The notes under the pieces were generated by a model that was given only the letters and a program-made list of their open reading frames with translations, was not told where the DNA came from and ran no database searches. From IMG/VR virus record IMGVR_UViG_3300029435_000010, positions 1 to 46,136 of that record: a DNA stretch of 46,136 bases, one strand, 5' to 3'. The stretch comes from a virus. The position numbers and the translations under genes were made by a program. Shown here one piece after another: positions 29,694 through 39,789 of this stretch; position 1 is the first letter of the stretch; the number at the start of each line of letters is the position of its first letter.

Positions 29694-30086
29694 ATGAAGA
29701 AAGCTATTGTGGCGGCCATTGCGGTCGCCTTTTTCGTTTCTACAGCAGCTGAAGCACGAGGTGGTCGAGGCTTTAGCGGCGGTCGATCTTTCTCCCGTCC
29801 TGCTCCCACGAAGAGCTATGCACCGAAGCGCACGACCGTTGTGAAGAAGAACACGACCGTCATCAACCAGACGGTTAACAGCTCCGCCACGTCAAGCGGC
29901 GGCGGGTTCTGGTCTAGCGTCATGGGTTCGGCTGTCGGCTCGACGGCGGGTTCTATGGCGGGCAATGCCATTTACGACTCCATGACGAAGGACGACGAAC
30001 CGAAGCAACCGGCACAGCCTCAGCAGCCACAGGTCATTTATGTTCCTGTCGGCTCTGACGGCAAGCCAGTACAGCAGGCTCAATAA
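29694..30086 (+). CDS. Secreted Gly/Ser-rich small protein
   Basis: Signal-peptide-like N-terminus MKKAIVAAIAVAFFVSTAAEA. Gly-zipper-like GSAVGSTAGSMAGNA. Q/P-rich tail. Confidence 0.6.
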   Translation: MKKAIVAAIAVAFFVSTAAEARGGRGFSGGRSFSRPAPTKSYAPKRTTVVKKNTTVINQTVNSSATSSGGGFWSSVMGSAVGSTAGSMAGNAIYDSMTKDDEPKQPAQPQQPQVIYVPVGSDGKPVQQAQ

Positions 30087-30113
30087 AACAAACCCTTTTA
30101 ATTTGGAGGTGCT

Positions 30114-30596
30114 ATGACTGAAAAAAAGAAAAGCCTTGGTGCTTCCAAAAAGGCGCAGGGTCGACCTACCGATTACACGCTTGATAAAGCCGATCAGATC
30201 TGTGAGTGGTATTCCAACGGACAGACTTTGACCGCTTGCTGTCGAGAACTGGGAATCGGAAGGACAACGCTCTATCGATGGATGGTCGCACATCCTGAAT
30301 TTTCGGAACGTCTCGCGCGCGCGCGGGAATTGTTTGCGGACTCTCTCGCTGATGAATGCCTGGCTATTGCAGACAACACTGAAGAAGGTCAGATCATCGA
30401 AGAGGGCACGAACGAAAACGGAGCCTTCAGCAAGATCAAGCGAGTGGACATGATCGATCATCGCAAGCTGAAGGTCGACACCCGGCTCAAGCTACTGGCT
30501 AAGTGGGCACCGGCTCGATACGGCGATAAGAAACAGGTTGACGTGAACAACGTCACGCCCGTGCAGGTTGTCTTTAAGGACGACTTGGAGGACTGA
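30114..30596 (+). CDS. terS: Terminase small subunit
   Basis: HTH GRPTDYTLDKADQICEWYSNGQTLTACCRELGIGRTTLYRWM. Immediately upstream of terL. Confidence 0.8.
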   Translation: MTEKKKSLGASKKAQGRPTDYTLDKADQICEWYSNGQTLTACCRELGIGRTTLYRWMVAHPEFSERLARARELFADSLADECLAIADNTEEGQIIEEGTNENGAFSKIKRVDMIDHRKLKVDTRLKLLAKWAPARYGDKKQVDVNNVTPVQVVFKDDLED

Positions 30597-31837
30597 TGAA
30601 GGCTACGTCTCTGAAATCAATCGTCGGACAAGGGTACGGCGGCTTTTGGAGATGCAAGCAGCGCTATCGAATCGTGAAGGGCAGTCGAGGCTCGAAGAAG
30701 TCAAAGACGACTGCGCTTTGGTACATCCTCAAGCTCATGGAGCACCCTGACGCAAATTTGCTTGTGGTCAGACGCTATGAGCGAACGCTACGCGACTCGT
30801 GCTTTGCCGACTTGAAGTGGGCGATCGGTCGCCTCGGGTTCGACGCGCTATGGAAGTCGACGGTTAGCCCAATGGAGATTACGTATCTTCCGACTGGGCA
30901 AAAGATTCTCTTTAGAGGTCTGGACGACGGTCAAAAGATCACGTCCATCACCGTCGAGAAAGGCGTTCTCTGTTGGGTATGGTGCGAAGAAGCGTACCAG
31001 CTCGAGAAAGAGGACGACTTCAACAAGCTCGATATGTCCATTCGTGGCGCGGTTCCGCCTGGCCTCTTCAAACAGATCACGTTGACCTTCAATCCGTGGT
31101 CTGAACAAACATGGATCAAGCGCCGGTTCTTCGACGCGCCTTTGCCGGACGTCTTCGCATTGACGACGACATACAAGTGCAATGAGTGGCTTGATGAGCG
31201 CGACATTGCCCTCTTTGAGGACATGAGACTGCGCAATCCTCGCCGCTATCGCGTTGAAGGTCTGGGTGAGTGGGGCATCTCCACTGGCCTGATCTATGAC
31301 AACGTCGAGCAGCGGCCGCTCGACCTGCGGACGCTTCTGCAGGATCGTGCGCTTCGGCCTTTCCACGGTGTCGACTTCGGCTTCACCGATCCGACGGCAT
31401 ACGTTGGCGGCCTTATCGACGAGCAGGCGAAGACGATCTACATCACTCAGGAGCTCTACCGACGCGGGATCACGAACCAGCAGCTCATTGAAGAGCTGAG
31501 GCGGCTCGGTATCCGGCGCGAGGAGATTTACTGCGACTCCGCAGAGCCTAAGTCGATTGAGGAGCTCCGTGCCGGCGGCATCAATGCACGCCCGGCGCTC
31601 AAGGGACCCGACTCGGTCCTCTACGGCATCCAGAAGCTACAGAACTTTCGAATCGTCGTGGACGACTCCTGCAAAGAGACGTGGCGCGAGTTTTGCTCTT
31701 ACGCGTGGCTCGAGGACCGTCAGGGCAAGCAGACCGACAAACCAAATCACGACTTCTCGCACTGCATGGACGCTTTGCGCTACGGCGCGACGCCATATAT
31801 CAACGCTAAAGGATTCTCATGGAGCAAGGTGTTCTGA
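30596..31837 (+). CDS. terL: Terminase large subunit (PBSX-type)
   Basis: Walker-A-like KGSRGSKKSKT, ATPase and nuclease halves, 413 aa, followed by the portal gene. Confidence 0.85.
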   Translation: MKATSLKSIVGQGYGGFWRCKQRYRIVKGSRGSKKSKTTALWYILKLMEHPDANLLVVRRYERTLRDSCFADLKWAIGRLGFDALWKSTVSPMEITYLPTGQKILFRGLDDGQKITSITVEKGVLCWVWCEEAYQLEKEDDFNKLDMSIRGAVPPGLFKQITLTFNPWSEQTWIKRRFFDAPLPDVFALTTTYKCNEWLDERDIALFEDMRLRNPRRYRVEGLGEWGISTGLIYDNVEQRPLDLRTLLQDRALRPFHGVDFGFTDPTAYVGGLIDEQAKTIYITQELYRRGITNQQLIEELRRLGIRREEIYCDSAEPKSIEELRAGGINARPALKGPDSVLYGIQKLQNFRIVVDDSCKETWREFCSYAWLEDRQGKQTDKPNHDFSHCMDALRYGATPYINAKGFSWSKVF

Positions 31838-33144
31838 CCATGCGCAAAGACAGCGCGGACGACTGCCTCGCGGCCGCAAAGGGCCGTACAGAGGGCAGCG
31901 ACGTCCCTGTCGAGATGTCGCAGGATGCAGCGATCAAGCTTTACCGCACGTCATGGCTCGCGCGTAACATCATCGACATGTACGCCGAGGACATGACGGC
32001 GGCTGGCGTCAAGTGGATCTGTGACGCTAAGACGGCACAGCTCATCGAGCGTGAGTTTCGTCGCCTCCACGTGTGGGAGGTGCTTACCGACGCTCTGCGT
32101 TGGTCGAGACTGTTCGGCGGGGCGATTGTCTGTATCGACATGGGCGACAATCAACCCGCCGAGCGGCTCAATCCATCCGCGCGCCTTATCGCCCTTCGCG
32201 CTTTCTCGCGCTATGAGGCGACGCCTAACGTCGTGAAGCTCGATCCTGAACGCCCTGGTGAGCCGGGCGAGTACAAGGTCACGCCGCGCATTTATCAGCA
32301 GACGTTCGACCTCCACTGCTCGCGGGCCATCAGGTTTACGGGAGCCAAGCTTCCGCCCGAAGCGGCTGCACAGCAACAGCTCTGGGGCGACAGTGTACTG
32401 AACGCCCTCAAAACGCCAATCGAGCGCTACAACTCTGCGCTCGAGTCAGTGGATGAACTGCTCAAGCGATGCTATCTGCGCTTCCTCGGCCTGCAGAACT
32501 TCTGGCAGGCAATGCAGGAGACCGACAGCGCTTCGGCAATGGGCAAGGCCGTCGCTTTCATCAACGAGATGCAGAACATCTCCGGGTTGACGATTGCGGA
32601 CAGCGCGGACGTCTTCTCGTCACAGCAGTACAGCTTCGGCGGGCTGAAAGACATCCTGATGTCGATGTCGCAGGATAACGCGGGTGCGGCTGGCGTGCCT
32701 CTTGTGCGCCTCTTCGGTATGTCGCCATCGGGCTTCTCAACTGGCGAGTCAGACCTGCGCAACTACTACGACAACATTCTGAGAGCTCAGGAGAGCAAGC
32801 TTCGAGAGCCGATCCAGCGCATCGTAAAGGTCGTCCTCGAGAGCGAGGGAATCCAGACCGACGTGGACTTCGAGTTCATTCCGGTGCAGCAGCCTACAGA
32901 AGCCGAGAAGCAGGCGGCTACGCAATCCGCCGTGGATACGATCATGCGTGTCTACGAGGGAGGGCTCGTCACGGCCGACAAGGCGCTTGAAGAGATTCGT
33001 CGGCGCTCCGAAGTGTCGGGGCTCTTCGCATCGATCACGGAAGCCGATGTCTCAAGGCTCAAGGATCCTGAGGTTCCCCTGCCTGACCTCTCAGGCGTCG
33101 ACTTTGACGCGATTGTGAGAGGAGAAGGGAATGCCGGCGTTTAA
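31819..33144 (+). CDS. Portal protein (DUF1073-type)
   Basis: 441 aa following terL. WLARNIIDMYAEDM and RLFGGA motifs (alternative start at 31840). Confidence 0.75.
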   Translation: MEQGVLTMRKDSADDCLAAAKGRTEGSDVPVEMSQDAAIKLYRTSWLARNIIDMYAEDMTAAGVKWICDAKTAQLIEREFRRLHVWEVLTDALRWSRLFGGAIVCIDMGDNQPAERLNPSARLIALRAFSRYEATPNVVKLDPERPGEPGEYKVTPRIYQQTFDLHCSRAIRFTGAKLPPEAAAQQQLWGDSVLNALKTPIERYNSALESVDELLKRCYLRFLGLQNFWQAMQETDSASAMGKAVAFINEMQNISGLTIADSADVFSSQQYSFGGLKDILMSMSQDNAGAAGVPLVRLFGMSPSGFSTGESDLRNYYDNILRAQESKLREPIQRIVKVVLESEGIQTDVDFEFIPVQQPTEAEKQAATQSAVDTIMRVYEGGLVTADKALEEIRRRSEVSGLFASITEADVSRLKDPEVPLPDLSGVDFDAIVRGEGNAGV

Positions 33145-33847
33145 TCACGAAAAGACGATCTTCAATCGCGTTCGGCCTCAATACGCACGCATTGCTCAGC
33201 TCGTGCAGGCGATCATCTCATCGCACATCACGCCCGAGGGCAGGATCGATGATGTGGACGCCTTGGAGCGAGACCTGAGACGCTACAGCCTGAACGTGGA
33301 GGCGTGGGCGACCGCCTTCTGGCTTCGTCAGGACGAAAGCCTGAGTCGATCCATAGCACGCGACTTCAAGCGGGTGGGCCTGACGGTTGATCCTCAGTCG
33401 CCTGTCGTTCGAGCCGCAGTCGAGCGGCTTCACAGGGAGCAGGTTGACCTAATCAAGACGTTGCCTATCGACGCAGGCAAGAAGGCACAGGACATGGCAC
33501 GCCGTGCCGCGATGGAGACGGGCAAGCGAGCGGAGATGCTCATCGACCAGCTCCGTGGCATGAAGCCAGGATATCCCGAGTACGCCGCTAGACGCCTTGC
33601 GCGAACCGAGACGGCGAAGGCACAGGCCGCGCTCGTGCAGACGCAGTCATCCGAGCTCGGCATCAAACAGTACGTATGGCGAACCGTGCGCGACGAAGCC
33701 GTGCGCGACAGCCACGCCGCGATGGAAGGCAAGGTCTGCGACTGGGACAACCCGCCAGAGGTCGAACCGGGCATGCGGCATCATCCAGGCGGCATCTACA
33801 ACTGCAGGTGTTATAGCGAACCGCTGTTGCCGAAGGTGAAGAAATGA
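33131..33847 (+). CDS. Head morphogenesis protein (Mu F / SPP1 gp7 family)
   Basis: C-terminal signature WRTVRDEAVRDSHAAMEGKV...HPGGIYNCRCY. Confidence 0.8.
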   Translation: MPAFNHEKTIFNRVRPQYARIAQLVQAIISSHITPEGRIDDVDALERDLRRYSLNVEAWATAFWLRQDESLSRSIARDFKRVGLTVDPQSPVVRAAVERLHREQVDLIKTLPIDAGKKAQDMARRAAMETGKRAEMLIDQLRGMKPGYPEYAARRLARTETAKAQAALVQTQSSELGIKQYVWRTVRDEAVRDSHAAMEGKVCDWDNPPEVEPGMRHHPGGIYNCRCYSEPLLPKVKK

Positions 33848-35055
33848 ATTTTGGAGACGGAATTTCGATCTCCCCGACGAGGAAGGTCACGCCAGAGGGC
33901 TACCTCCTCTGCAAGGGATGTCGCATCGCGCGAGTCGGCGGGCGTGAGTATCTCGCTGAAGAGATCGCGAACGTGCAGCCGGTCGACGGCAAGGTCACGG
34001 TCATGAGGTCTGCGGACTCGCTCTTTGCTCCCGAGACGATTGCATCGCTTGAGGGCAAGCCTGTTTGCCTCGAGCATCCGCCCGGTGCGGAGATGTTCGA
34101 CGCGAACACTTGGAAGAACTTCATCAAGGGCGTGATGCTCCACGTCGCGCCTGGGTCGGGAGCCGATGCAGGCTGCTTGGTTGCCGACCTTCTCATCTAC
34201 GACAAGGACGCCATCAACGCAATCATGTCGGGCGAGGCCACAGAGCTTTCTCTGGGTTACTTCTCCGAAGTGAAGGATGCAGGTGGTGGCATCGGAGTCG
34301 AGAGCCCTCTACAGGGCAACCACGTCGCACTCGTCCCTCGCGGGCGGTGCGGTTCTATCTGCGCAGTCAAAGACAGCGCAACAAACCAAACGGCTACAGG
34401 AGACAAAATGTCTTTTTTCAAGAAAGATGCCGATCCTGCAGGGGAAGCCTCTCCTGCAGCTAACGACGAGAAGCTCAAGGCCTTGCAGGATCAGGTGACT
34501 GCTCTGCAGGATCAGATCGCCGAGCTTCAGAAGTCTGCCCCCACCGCCGATGCCGACCCTGAAGGTCAGCCGGAGCCGAATCCTGAGGAAGGCGCACAGC
34601 CGCCCGCTCAGGGAGGCAGTCCCGACGACAAGAAGGACGACGGCATCGTTACGCCGGCACAGCCTGAACCCGCCAAGTCCCCCGACTTCGTCGCCACGCC
34701 CGAAGCGATCGCCGAGATCGTGAACCGCGTGCTCGAGGCTCGAGAGGCGGCCAACATCGTCGATGAGTGCGTCAAGAAAGACGCGGCTACGGTCGCGCCG
34801 AAGCTCGATGCCGCTACGCCGAACCTCGCTCTTGCCGCTCTTGCCGAGTACGCCAAGACCGAAGCGGGCAAGGCCATTCTCGACGAGTACGGCGGCCTCG
34901 ATGCTATCAAGAAGGACGCCGCTCCGGATGTCCTGAAGTCCTGCGCCATTGCCGAACGCATGCGCGCCAAGAACGGTCTCGCCATGGGTCGCAAGGACTC
35001 CGCAACGGTAGAACGCCCGTCTTTCTTCGAGCAGGCAAAGAAACTCTGGATCTAA
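33844..35055 (+). CDS. Scaffold-like protein (DUF2213-type)
   Basis: N-terminal PEGYLLCKGCRIARVGGREY...LEHP...ELSLGYF pattern, with an acidic, Pro-rich middle region. Lies before the capsid gene. Confidence 0.6.
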   Translation: MNFGDGISISPTRKVTPEGYLLCKGCRIARVGGREYLAEEIANVQPVDGKVTVMRSADSLFAPETIASLEGKPVCLEHPPGAEMFDANTWKNFIKGVMLHVAPGSGADAGCLVADLLIYDKDAINAIMSGEATELSLGYFSEVKDAGGGIGVESPLQGNHVALVPRGRCGSICAVKDSATNQTATGDKMSFFKKDADPAGEASPAANDEKLKALQDQVTALQDQIAELQKSAPTADADPEGQPEPNPEEGAQPPAQGGSPDDKKDDGIVTPAQPEPAKSPDFVATPEAIAEIVNRVLEAREAANIVDECVKKDAATVAPKLDAATPNLALAALAEYAKTEAGKAILDEYGGLDAIKKDAAPDVLKSCAIAERMRAKNGLAMGRKDSATVERPSFFEQAKKLWI

Positions 35056-35065
35056 GGAGATCAAA

Positions 35066-35515
35066 ATGATCGTTAATCCGCAATACCGACAGGTCGCCGG
35101 CTTCGCTGGTTCTGTCACTCAGTCCGGCGCTGTCATCAAGAGCGCTGCGGCCGCTACCCGAATTCCTGCGGGCACTCCGGTCAAGTACAAGGACGGCAAG
35201 GTCGTCGCTCTTGAGGGAACGGAAAAGGCGCAGGATATTTTCGGCATCGTGATGAAGGTCGCGACGCCGTTTGAGCCGTTCTACCCGGGCGATCTTATCG
35301 AGGTCGTTCACGAAGGCTACGTTCAGGTCGCTTTCGACGAAGAGGCCGACGCCGCCCCCGTGCGTGGCGGTCAGGTCTTCTTCGATACCGAGAAGAAGCT
35401 CTTCACGACGGACAACACCAAGGTCGCCGTCCGCGCCATCTGGGCTTCCGATGGTTTCGGTGACGGCATTGCCGAAGTCCAAATCTTCCCGTTCATCCCG
35501 TCTGCTACCGCTTAA
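35066..35515 (+). CDS. Head structural/decoration-like protein (DUF2190-like, tentative)
   Basis: 149 aa between the scaffold and major capsid genes. Strong RBS. Confidence 0.45.
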   Translation: MIVNPQYRQVAGFAGSVTQSGAVIKSAAAATRIPAGTPVKYKDGKVVALEGTEKAQDIFGIVMKVATPFEPFYPGDLIEVVHEGYVQVAFDEEADAAPVRGGQVFFDTEKKLFTTDNTKVAVRAIWASDGFGDGIAEVQIFPFIPSATA

Positions 35516-35528
35516 GGAGGAAAGATAG

Positions 35529-36467
35529 ATGCTTACCAACGAACAGGCTGTGCAGATCCTGAACGCGCAGCTCTCTAAGATCGATCCCGAGATCATCAAG
35601 CCGCTCTCCGTCTATACGTGGACGCGAGATCTTCCGGAAGGTAAAGACCTCGACCGACTCGTTGACTCTCTCGTGCTCACGAAGATCACGGCTGGCTCCG
35701 GTCAGGGTACGTCGAAGGTCGCAGGCAAGTCCTGGATCGCCAAGAACGGCAACGACCTGAAGGATGTTGACATCGGCATGACCGCCGAAGCCGTCCGAGT
35801 CTATGACGCCGGTCGCGAGCTCTCCTGGACGGGAGCCGAGCTCGAGCGCTTCCAGAAGTTCGGCGTTCGCTTTGACTCCGAAAAGCTTGAAGTGCTCAAC
35901 GACATCTTCAACCAGGAAGCTCAGGCCACCGGCTATCTCGGCGACAAGGACTTCGGGTTTGAAGGCTTGCTCAATCAGTCCAAGACCGTCGAAACGGTCA
36001 AGGGTGCAGATCTGCTCGCCGCCGACACGGTTGATATGTCGAAGCTCATCACGGCTATCGATTCGGCCATGCGTCAGGCTGAAGAAGCCTCTGGCGAAAT
36101 CATCATGCCGAACCGTCTGCTCCTGAGCCCCGCCGACTACGTGAAGCTCCACTCGATCAAGATCGACGTGAATAACACGAACACGGTCAGCGCCATCGAG
36201 TACATCGAAAGGTTCTCCTATGCCGCCACTTCCACGGGCGACTTCAAGGTGCTCAAGGTTAAGGAATGCAATGGCATCGGCACGGGCAAGAAGAATCGCT
36301 GGGTCTTCTACACGCCTGACAGCCGCTATCTGAAGTTCAACGTGATGCCGATGTGGCGCGAAAAGGTGTACGACAAGGGCTTGCAGTACTGCGCTGCCTA
36401 TCTGTGGCGCATCGCTGAACTTCAGGTTCGCCATCCCGAAACGATTCTCTACGTCGACGGCATTTAA
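35529..36467 (+). CDS. Major capsid protein
   Basis: 312 aa with a strong AAGGAGG RBS. Positioned after the scaffold and before the head-tail connector genes. Confidence 0.7.
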   Translation: MLTNEQAVQILNAQLSKIDPEIIKPLSVYTWTRDLPEGKDLDRLVDSLVLTKITAGSGQGTSKVAGKSWIAKNGNDLKDVDIGMTAEAVRVYDAGRELSWTGAELERFQKFGVRFDSEKLEVLNDIFNQEAQATGYLGDKDFGFEGLLNQSKTVETVKGADLLAADTVDMSKLITAIDSAMRQAEEASGEIIMPNRLLLSPADYVKLHSIKIDVNNTNTVSAIEYIERFSYAATSTGDFKVLKVKECNGIGTGKKNRWVFYTPDSRYLKFNVMPMWREKVYDKGLQYCAAYLWRIAELQVRHPETILYVDGI

Positions 36468-36485
36468 TCGACATCCGAGGCGACC

Positions 36486-36875
36486 ATGGAACTTTATGAG
36501 AACTTTCGCGAAGCCTTCGTTGAGTTCGACGACTATCCAGAGTCTCGCGTGAGGTACTTCCTCGAGCGGGCGGTGGACGCGATTCCAGAAGGTCGCTTCG
36601 GCAGAGAGACGGACTTCGGTCGCTTCCTCTACGTTGCGCATCACTTGACCGTGCTCGGATCTGGTGAAGCGGGATCGTCTGTAGGGAGCACACCGAAGAC
36701 CGGCATTGCTTCGAAGACGGTCGGCTCTGTATCGATCAGCTACGACACAAGCTCGAGCACCGAGGCCGATGCGGGCTACTGGAACGCAACAGGCTACGGT
36801 CGTCTGTTTTGGGGCCTGCTCAAGCGCTATCGTCGGCTGCCGATCATTGCGATCGGGAGGGCGAGATGGCCATGA
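36486..36875 (+). CDS. Head-tail connector protein (DUF4054-like)
   Basis: 129 aa directly after the capsid gene. Confidence 0.5.
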   Translation: MELYENFREAFVEFDDYPESRVRYFLERAVDAIPEGRFGRETDFGRFLYVAHHLTVLGSGEAGSSVGSTPKTGIASKTVGSVSISYDTSSSTEADAGYWNATGYGRLFWGLLKRYRRLPIIAIGRARWP

Positions 36876-37360
36876 AGCTAAATGCGAGCGTTACAGCGCA
36901 CGGCGATAACTGGCTTGTGCAGTCGGTCAAGGAGCTTGCGGAGGCCAGACGGCACTATGTTAAGGTCGGGTTCGTTCAGAACATGAGGCAGAACCGAACC
37001 GATATGCCTGGCACGAACGCTTTCATTGGCTACGTACAGGAGCACGGGGTCCCGTCGAGGGGCATACCTGCTCGTCCATTCCTGATTCCCGCGTTTTTGG
37101 ACTGCGCTGACGACGCCGAGGCCTACATCAGGCAGGGCTTCGAAGAGGCGTTGACGGACAAAGGAGCCGTCGCGCGAGGGCTCGGGTATGCAGGCTCGTT
37201 AATCCGTAACCGAGCAAAGGATCGCATCGTCGATAGCGAGGGATTTGATCCGCTGAAGCCTGCGACCTTGAAGCATCGCAAAAGAATTGGGTTCAAGGGA
37301 ACGAAGCCACTGATCCATACAGGTCAGCTTCTTTATGCAATCACGTACAAGGTGGAGTAA
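36866..37360 (+). CDS. Head-tail joining / head closure protein
   Basis: ATG 36866 follows GGGAGGG. Assigned by synteny. Confidence 0.5.
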   Translation: MAMKLNASVTAHGDNWLVQSVKELAEARRHYVKVGFVQNMRQNRTDMPGTNAFIGYVQEHGVPSRGIPARPFLIPAFLDCADDAEAYIRQGFEEALTDKGAVARGLGYAGSLIRNRAKDRIVDSEGFDPLKPATLKHRKRIGFKGTKPLIHTGQLLYAITYKVE

Positions 37361-37728
37361 TGGCTTGTCTTGACGTATCCGAGATCCTCGACGATCTCGA
37401 TCTTTGCGATCAGTGCAAGGTGATCCATCGCGTGACCGAAACGGTCAACGGACGCAAGCTCGCTCGAGGAATCGAGCATCAGATCATCGCCGTGATCCAG
37501 CCTGCATCCCCCGTCGACATACAGCAGCTTGCCACCCAGGTGGGCTCCGGATTCGTCGGCGAGACGCTGTCGATCTGGACGCGCGAGCGCTTGTCCGTCG
37601 GTTCCGACGGCAGTCTCGGCGACTTGATCGACTTCAAGGGGCAGCGCTACAGCGTCGCCTCGGTTGAAGACTACTTCGCCAACGGTCGCTACTTCCGCGC
37701 CTTGGCTACGAGGTTTGGAGATGTATAA
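37360..37728 (+). CDS. Head-tail joining / tail completion protein
   Basis: 122 aa, translationally coupled to its neighbours. Confidence 0.5.
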   Translation: MACLDVSEILDDLDLCDQCKVIHRVTETVNGRKLARGIEHQIIAVIQPASPVDIQQLATQVGSGFVGETLSIWTRERLSVGSDGSLGDLIDFKGQRYSVASVEDYFANGRYFRALATRFGDV

Positions 37729-38269
37729 GACCACGACTCAGCGCCCCGGCATCGTCGGGCAGACACCAGGCCGAAGCATCATCGGTTATGAGTTCGAGGA
37801 CGCCTTTGGAGCATGGCTCTCCGATGCGCTCGAGCTCCCGCGCGACTGCGTGATCCCCGGTTGGAAATTCGCGCGTGAGAAAGCGCCCGACTGGGCGGAC
37901 TGCGCGTTCTTCTACCTCGGCACGGTCAAGGCCGACGAGGTTGATCAGGAGCCAACAGAAGACGGTGGCATGGTCATCGACTACTACGGTTGCCTGACTG
38001 TGACGGTCGTGCTCTACGGCATGAACGCTCGCCTCCTGTCGATGCTCCTATGCGACACATTCTCGGTCGATCAGAACGCGGAATATCTACACAAAGTGTG
38101 CGGCCTGGCTTACGTCGACTCTCAGGTGCAGGCTCAGCTCCTCGAGCCTGTGGGTGGCGATTACCGCCAGAGAGCCGACGTGTCGATCACTTTCAACTAC
38201 CACTATCAGCGGACGTGGGCGGTACGACCGATCGCCGAAGCGCCCGACGCAACAATCTTCAAATCGTGA
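37721..38269 (+). CDS. Tail completion / neck protein
   Basis: ATG 37721 (MYKTTTQ) overlaps the upstream stop. Lies before the sheath gene. Confidence 0.5.
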   Translation: MYKTTTQRPGIVGQTPGRSIIGYEFEDAFGAWLSDALELPRDCVIPGWKFAREKAPDWADCAFFYLGTVKADEVDQEPTEDGGMVIDYYGCLTVTVVLYGMNARLLSMLLCDTFSVDQNAEYLHKVCGLAYVDSQVQAQLLEPVGGDYRQRADVSITFNYHYQRTWAVRPIAEAPDATIFKS

Positions 38270-38277
38270 GGTCTGTG

Positions 38278-39780
38278 ATGACTCTTTCCGTATCTCGCGT
38301 CGTGAACGTCTCTGTCAGCCTGAGCCCTCAGGCAGCGCAGAAGCGCGGCTTCGGCACGCTCTGCATTCTTGGTGACAGCGGCGTCCTCAACGACTCTGAA
38401 ACACTCCGCTTCTACAATGGTGCGGATGAGGTGGCAACCGACTTCGGCGTCGATGCCCCCGAATACCTCGCGGCGACCTGCTACTTCTCGCAGTCGCCCA
38501 AGCCGAAGGAGCTGTGTGTCGCTCAGTGGCGCAACGCTCCGACTCCCGCCGCCCTCATGGGGGGCACGCCGTCTCAGATCTCTGAGCTTCATATTTCCGG
38601 TGCGGGCTTCAAGATCACGATCGACAGCGAGGTGATCGACGTGACTGATCTCGACACCAGCAAGGCCGTTTCGGTCGAAAACGTCGCCTCGCTCATCACC
38701 GCAAAGCTCGGCGGCAAGGGCGCTTGCACCGTCGTTGACGGTCGCTTCGTGATCACCTCTGCCAAGTCTGGCTCCGCATCCAAGATCACAGTCGCATCCG
38801 CTCCGAGCAGTGGCACCGACATGTCGTCGCTTCTCGCTCTGACGGAAGAGACTGGCGCTAAGGTTGTTGCCGGAAAGGACGACACGGAGACCGTCACCGA
38901 CGCTCTGTCTCGACTCTTGCTCGAGCGAGGCCGCGACTTCTATGGTCTTGTGCTCGCAACGACTCAGAAGGTTGAAGATAACGCTATCATCGCCATCGCG
39001 CAGCAGATCGAAGCGAGCGACGATGCTCATGTCTTCGGCGTGACGCTTACCGATGAGGCGCTCAAGAACACGGCCTATGGCGAAGAGTCCGAGGATGTGG
39101 CCTCAAAGCTCAAGCGCGGGGAGTTCTCCCGCACGGCGGTCTTCTACGCAGACTTCGCGCAGGGTGACAGCGCTTACCGCGTCAATCCGTATTTCGCCGC
39201 ATCTGCTTTTGGTCGCATGTTCTCCGTCAACTTCGAAGGCTCGAAGACGACGTTGACGCTGAAGTTCAAGAAGGCTCCGACGATCCAACCGAGCAACCTG
39301 AACGCGACCGAAGTCAAGAATCTCGAAGACCGAAACATCAACGTCTACGCGACCTACGCGAATGGCACGACGATCATCGAGCAGGGTGTCATGGCGAGCG
39401 GTCAGTTTGCCGACGAACGTCATGGCCTCGATTGGCTGCAGGATGCCGTGCAGACCGCAGTCTTCAACTGCCTCTATCAGAGCAAGACGAAGATTCCGCA
39501 GACGCGCGACGGCGTAGCGATGATTCAGGCCTCGATCGAAAACATCCTCGCTCAGGGTGTGGCCAACGGCCTGATCGCACCTGGCAAGTGGACGAGTGAC
39601 GCATTCGGCAACCTCGAAACGGGCGACTACCTGCCGTCCGGTTACTACGTCTACGCAAACGATCTTGACGAGCAGGATCAGGCAGACCGCGAAGCCCGCA
39701 AGTGCCCGCCGTTCCAGTGTGCCGTCAAGCTTGCCGGCGCTATCCACAGCGTCGACATTACGCTCAACATCAACCGTTAA
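38278..39780 (+). CDS. Tail sheath protein (DUF3383-type)
   Basis: ATG 38278 (MTLSVSRVVNVSVSLSPQAAQKRGFGTLCILG). 500 aa, followed by the tube, chaperone and tape-measure genes. Confidence 0.75.
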   Translation: MTLSVSRVVNVSVSLSPQAAQKRGFGTLCILGDSGVLNDSETLRFYNGADEVATDFGVDAPEYLAATCYFSQSPKPKELCVAQWRNAPTPAALMGGTPSQISELHISGAGFKITIDSEVIDVTDLDTSKAVSVENVASLITAKLGGKGACTVVDGRFVITSAKSGSASKITVASAPSSGTDMSSLLALTEETGAKVVAGKDDTETVTDALSRLLLERGRDFYGLVLATTQKVEDNAIIAIAQQIEASDDAHVFGVTLTDEALKNTAYGEESEDVASKLKRGEFSRTAVFYADFAQGDSAYRVNPYFAASAFGRMFSVNFEGSKTTLTLKFKKAPTIQPSNLNATEVKNLEDRNINVYATYANGTTIIEQGVMASGQFADERHGLDWLQDAVQTAVFNCLYQSKTKIPQTRDGVAMIQASIENILAQGVANGLIAPGKWTSDAFGNLETGDYLPSGYYVYANDLDEQDQADREARKCPPFQCAVKLAGAIHSVDITLNINR

Positions 39781-39789
39781 GGAGGGAAG

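Noticed and set aside
37990-38277. N-terminal extension of the sheath ORF (the track begins it at 37990).
   Set aside because: The extension overlaps the 3' end of the upstream gene 37721..38269 in a different reading frame and is Arg/Pro-rich. ATG 38278 with a GAGG RBS gives the typical MTLSVSRVVNV sheath N-terminus.
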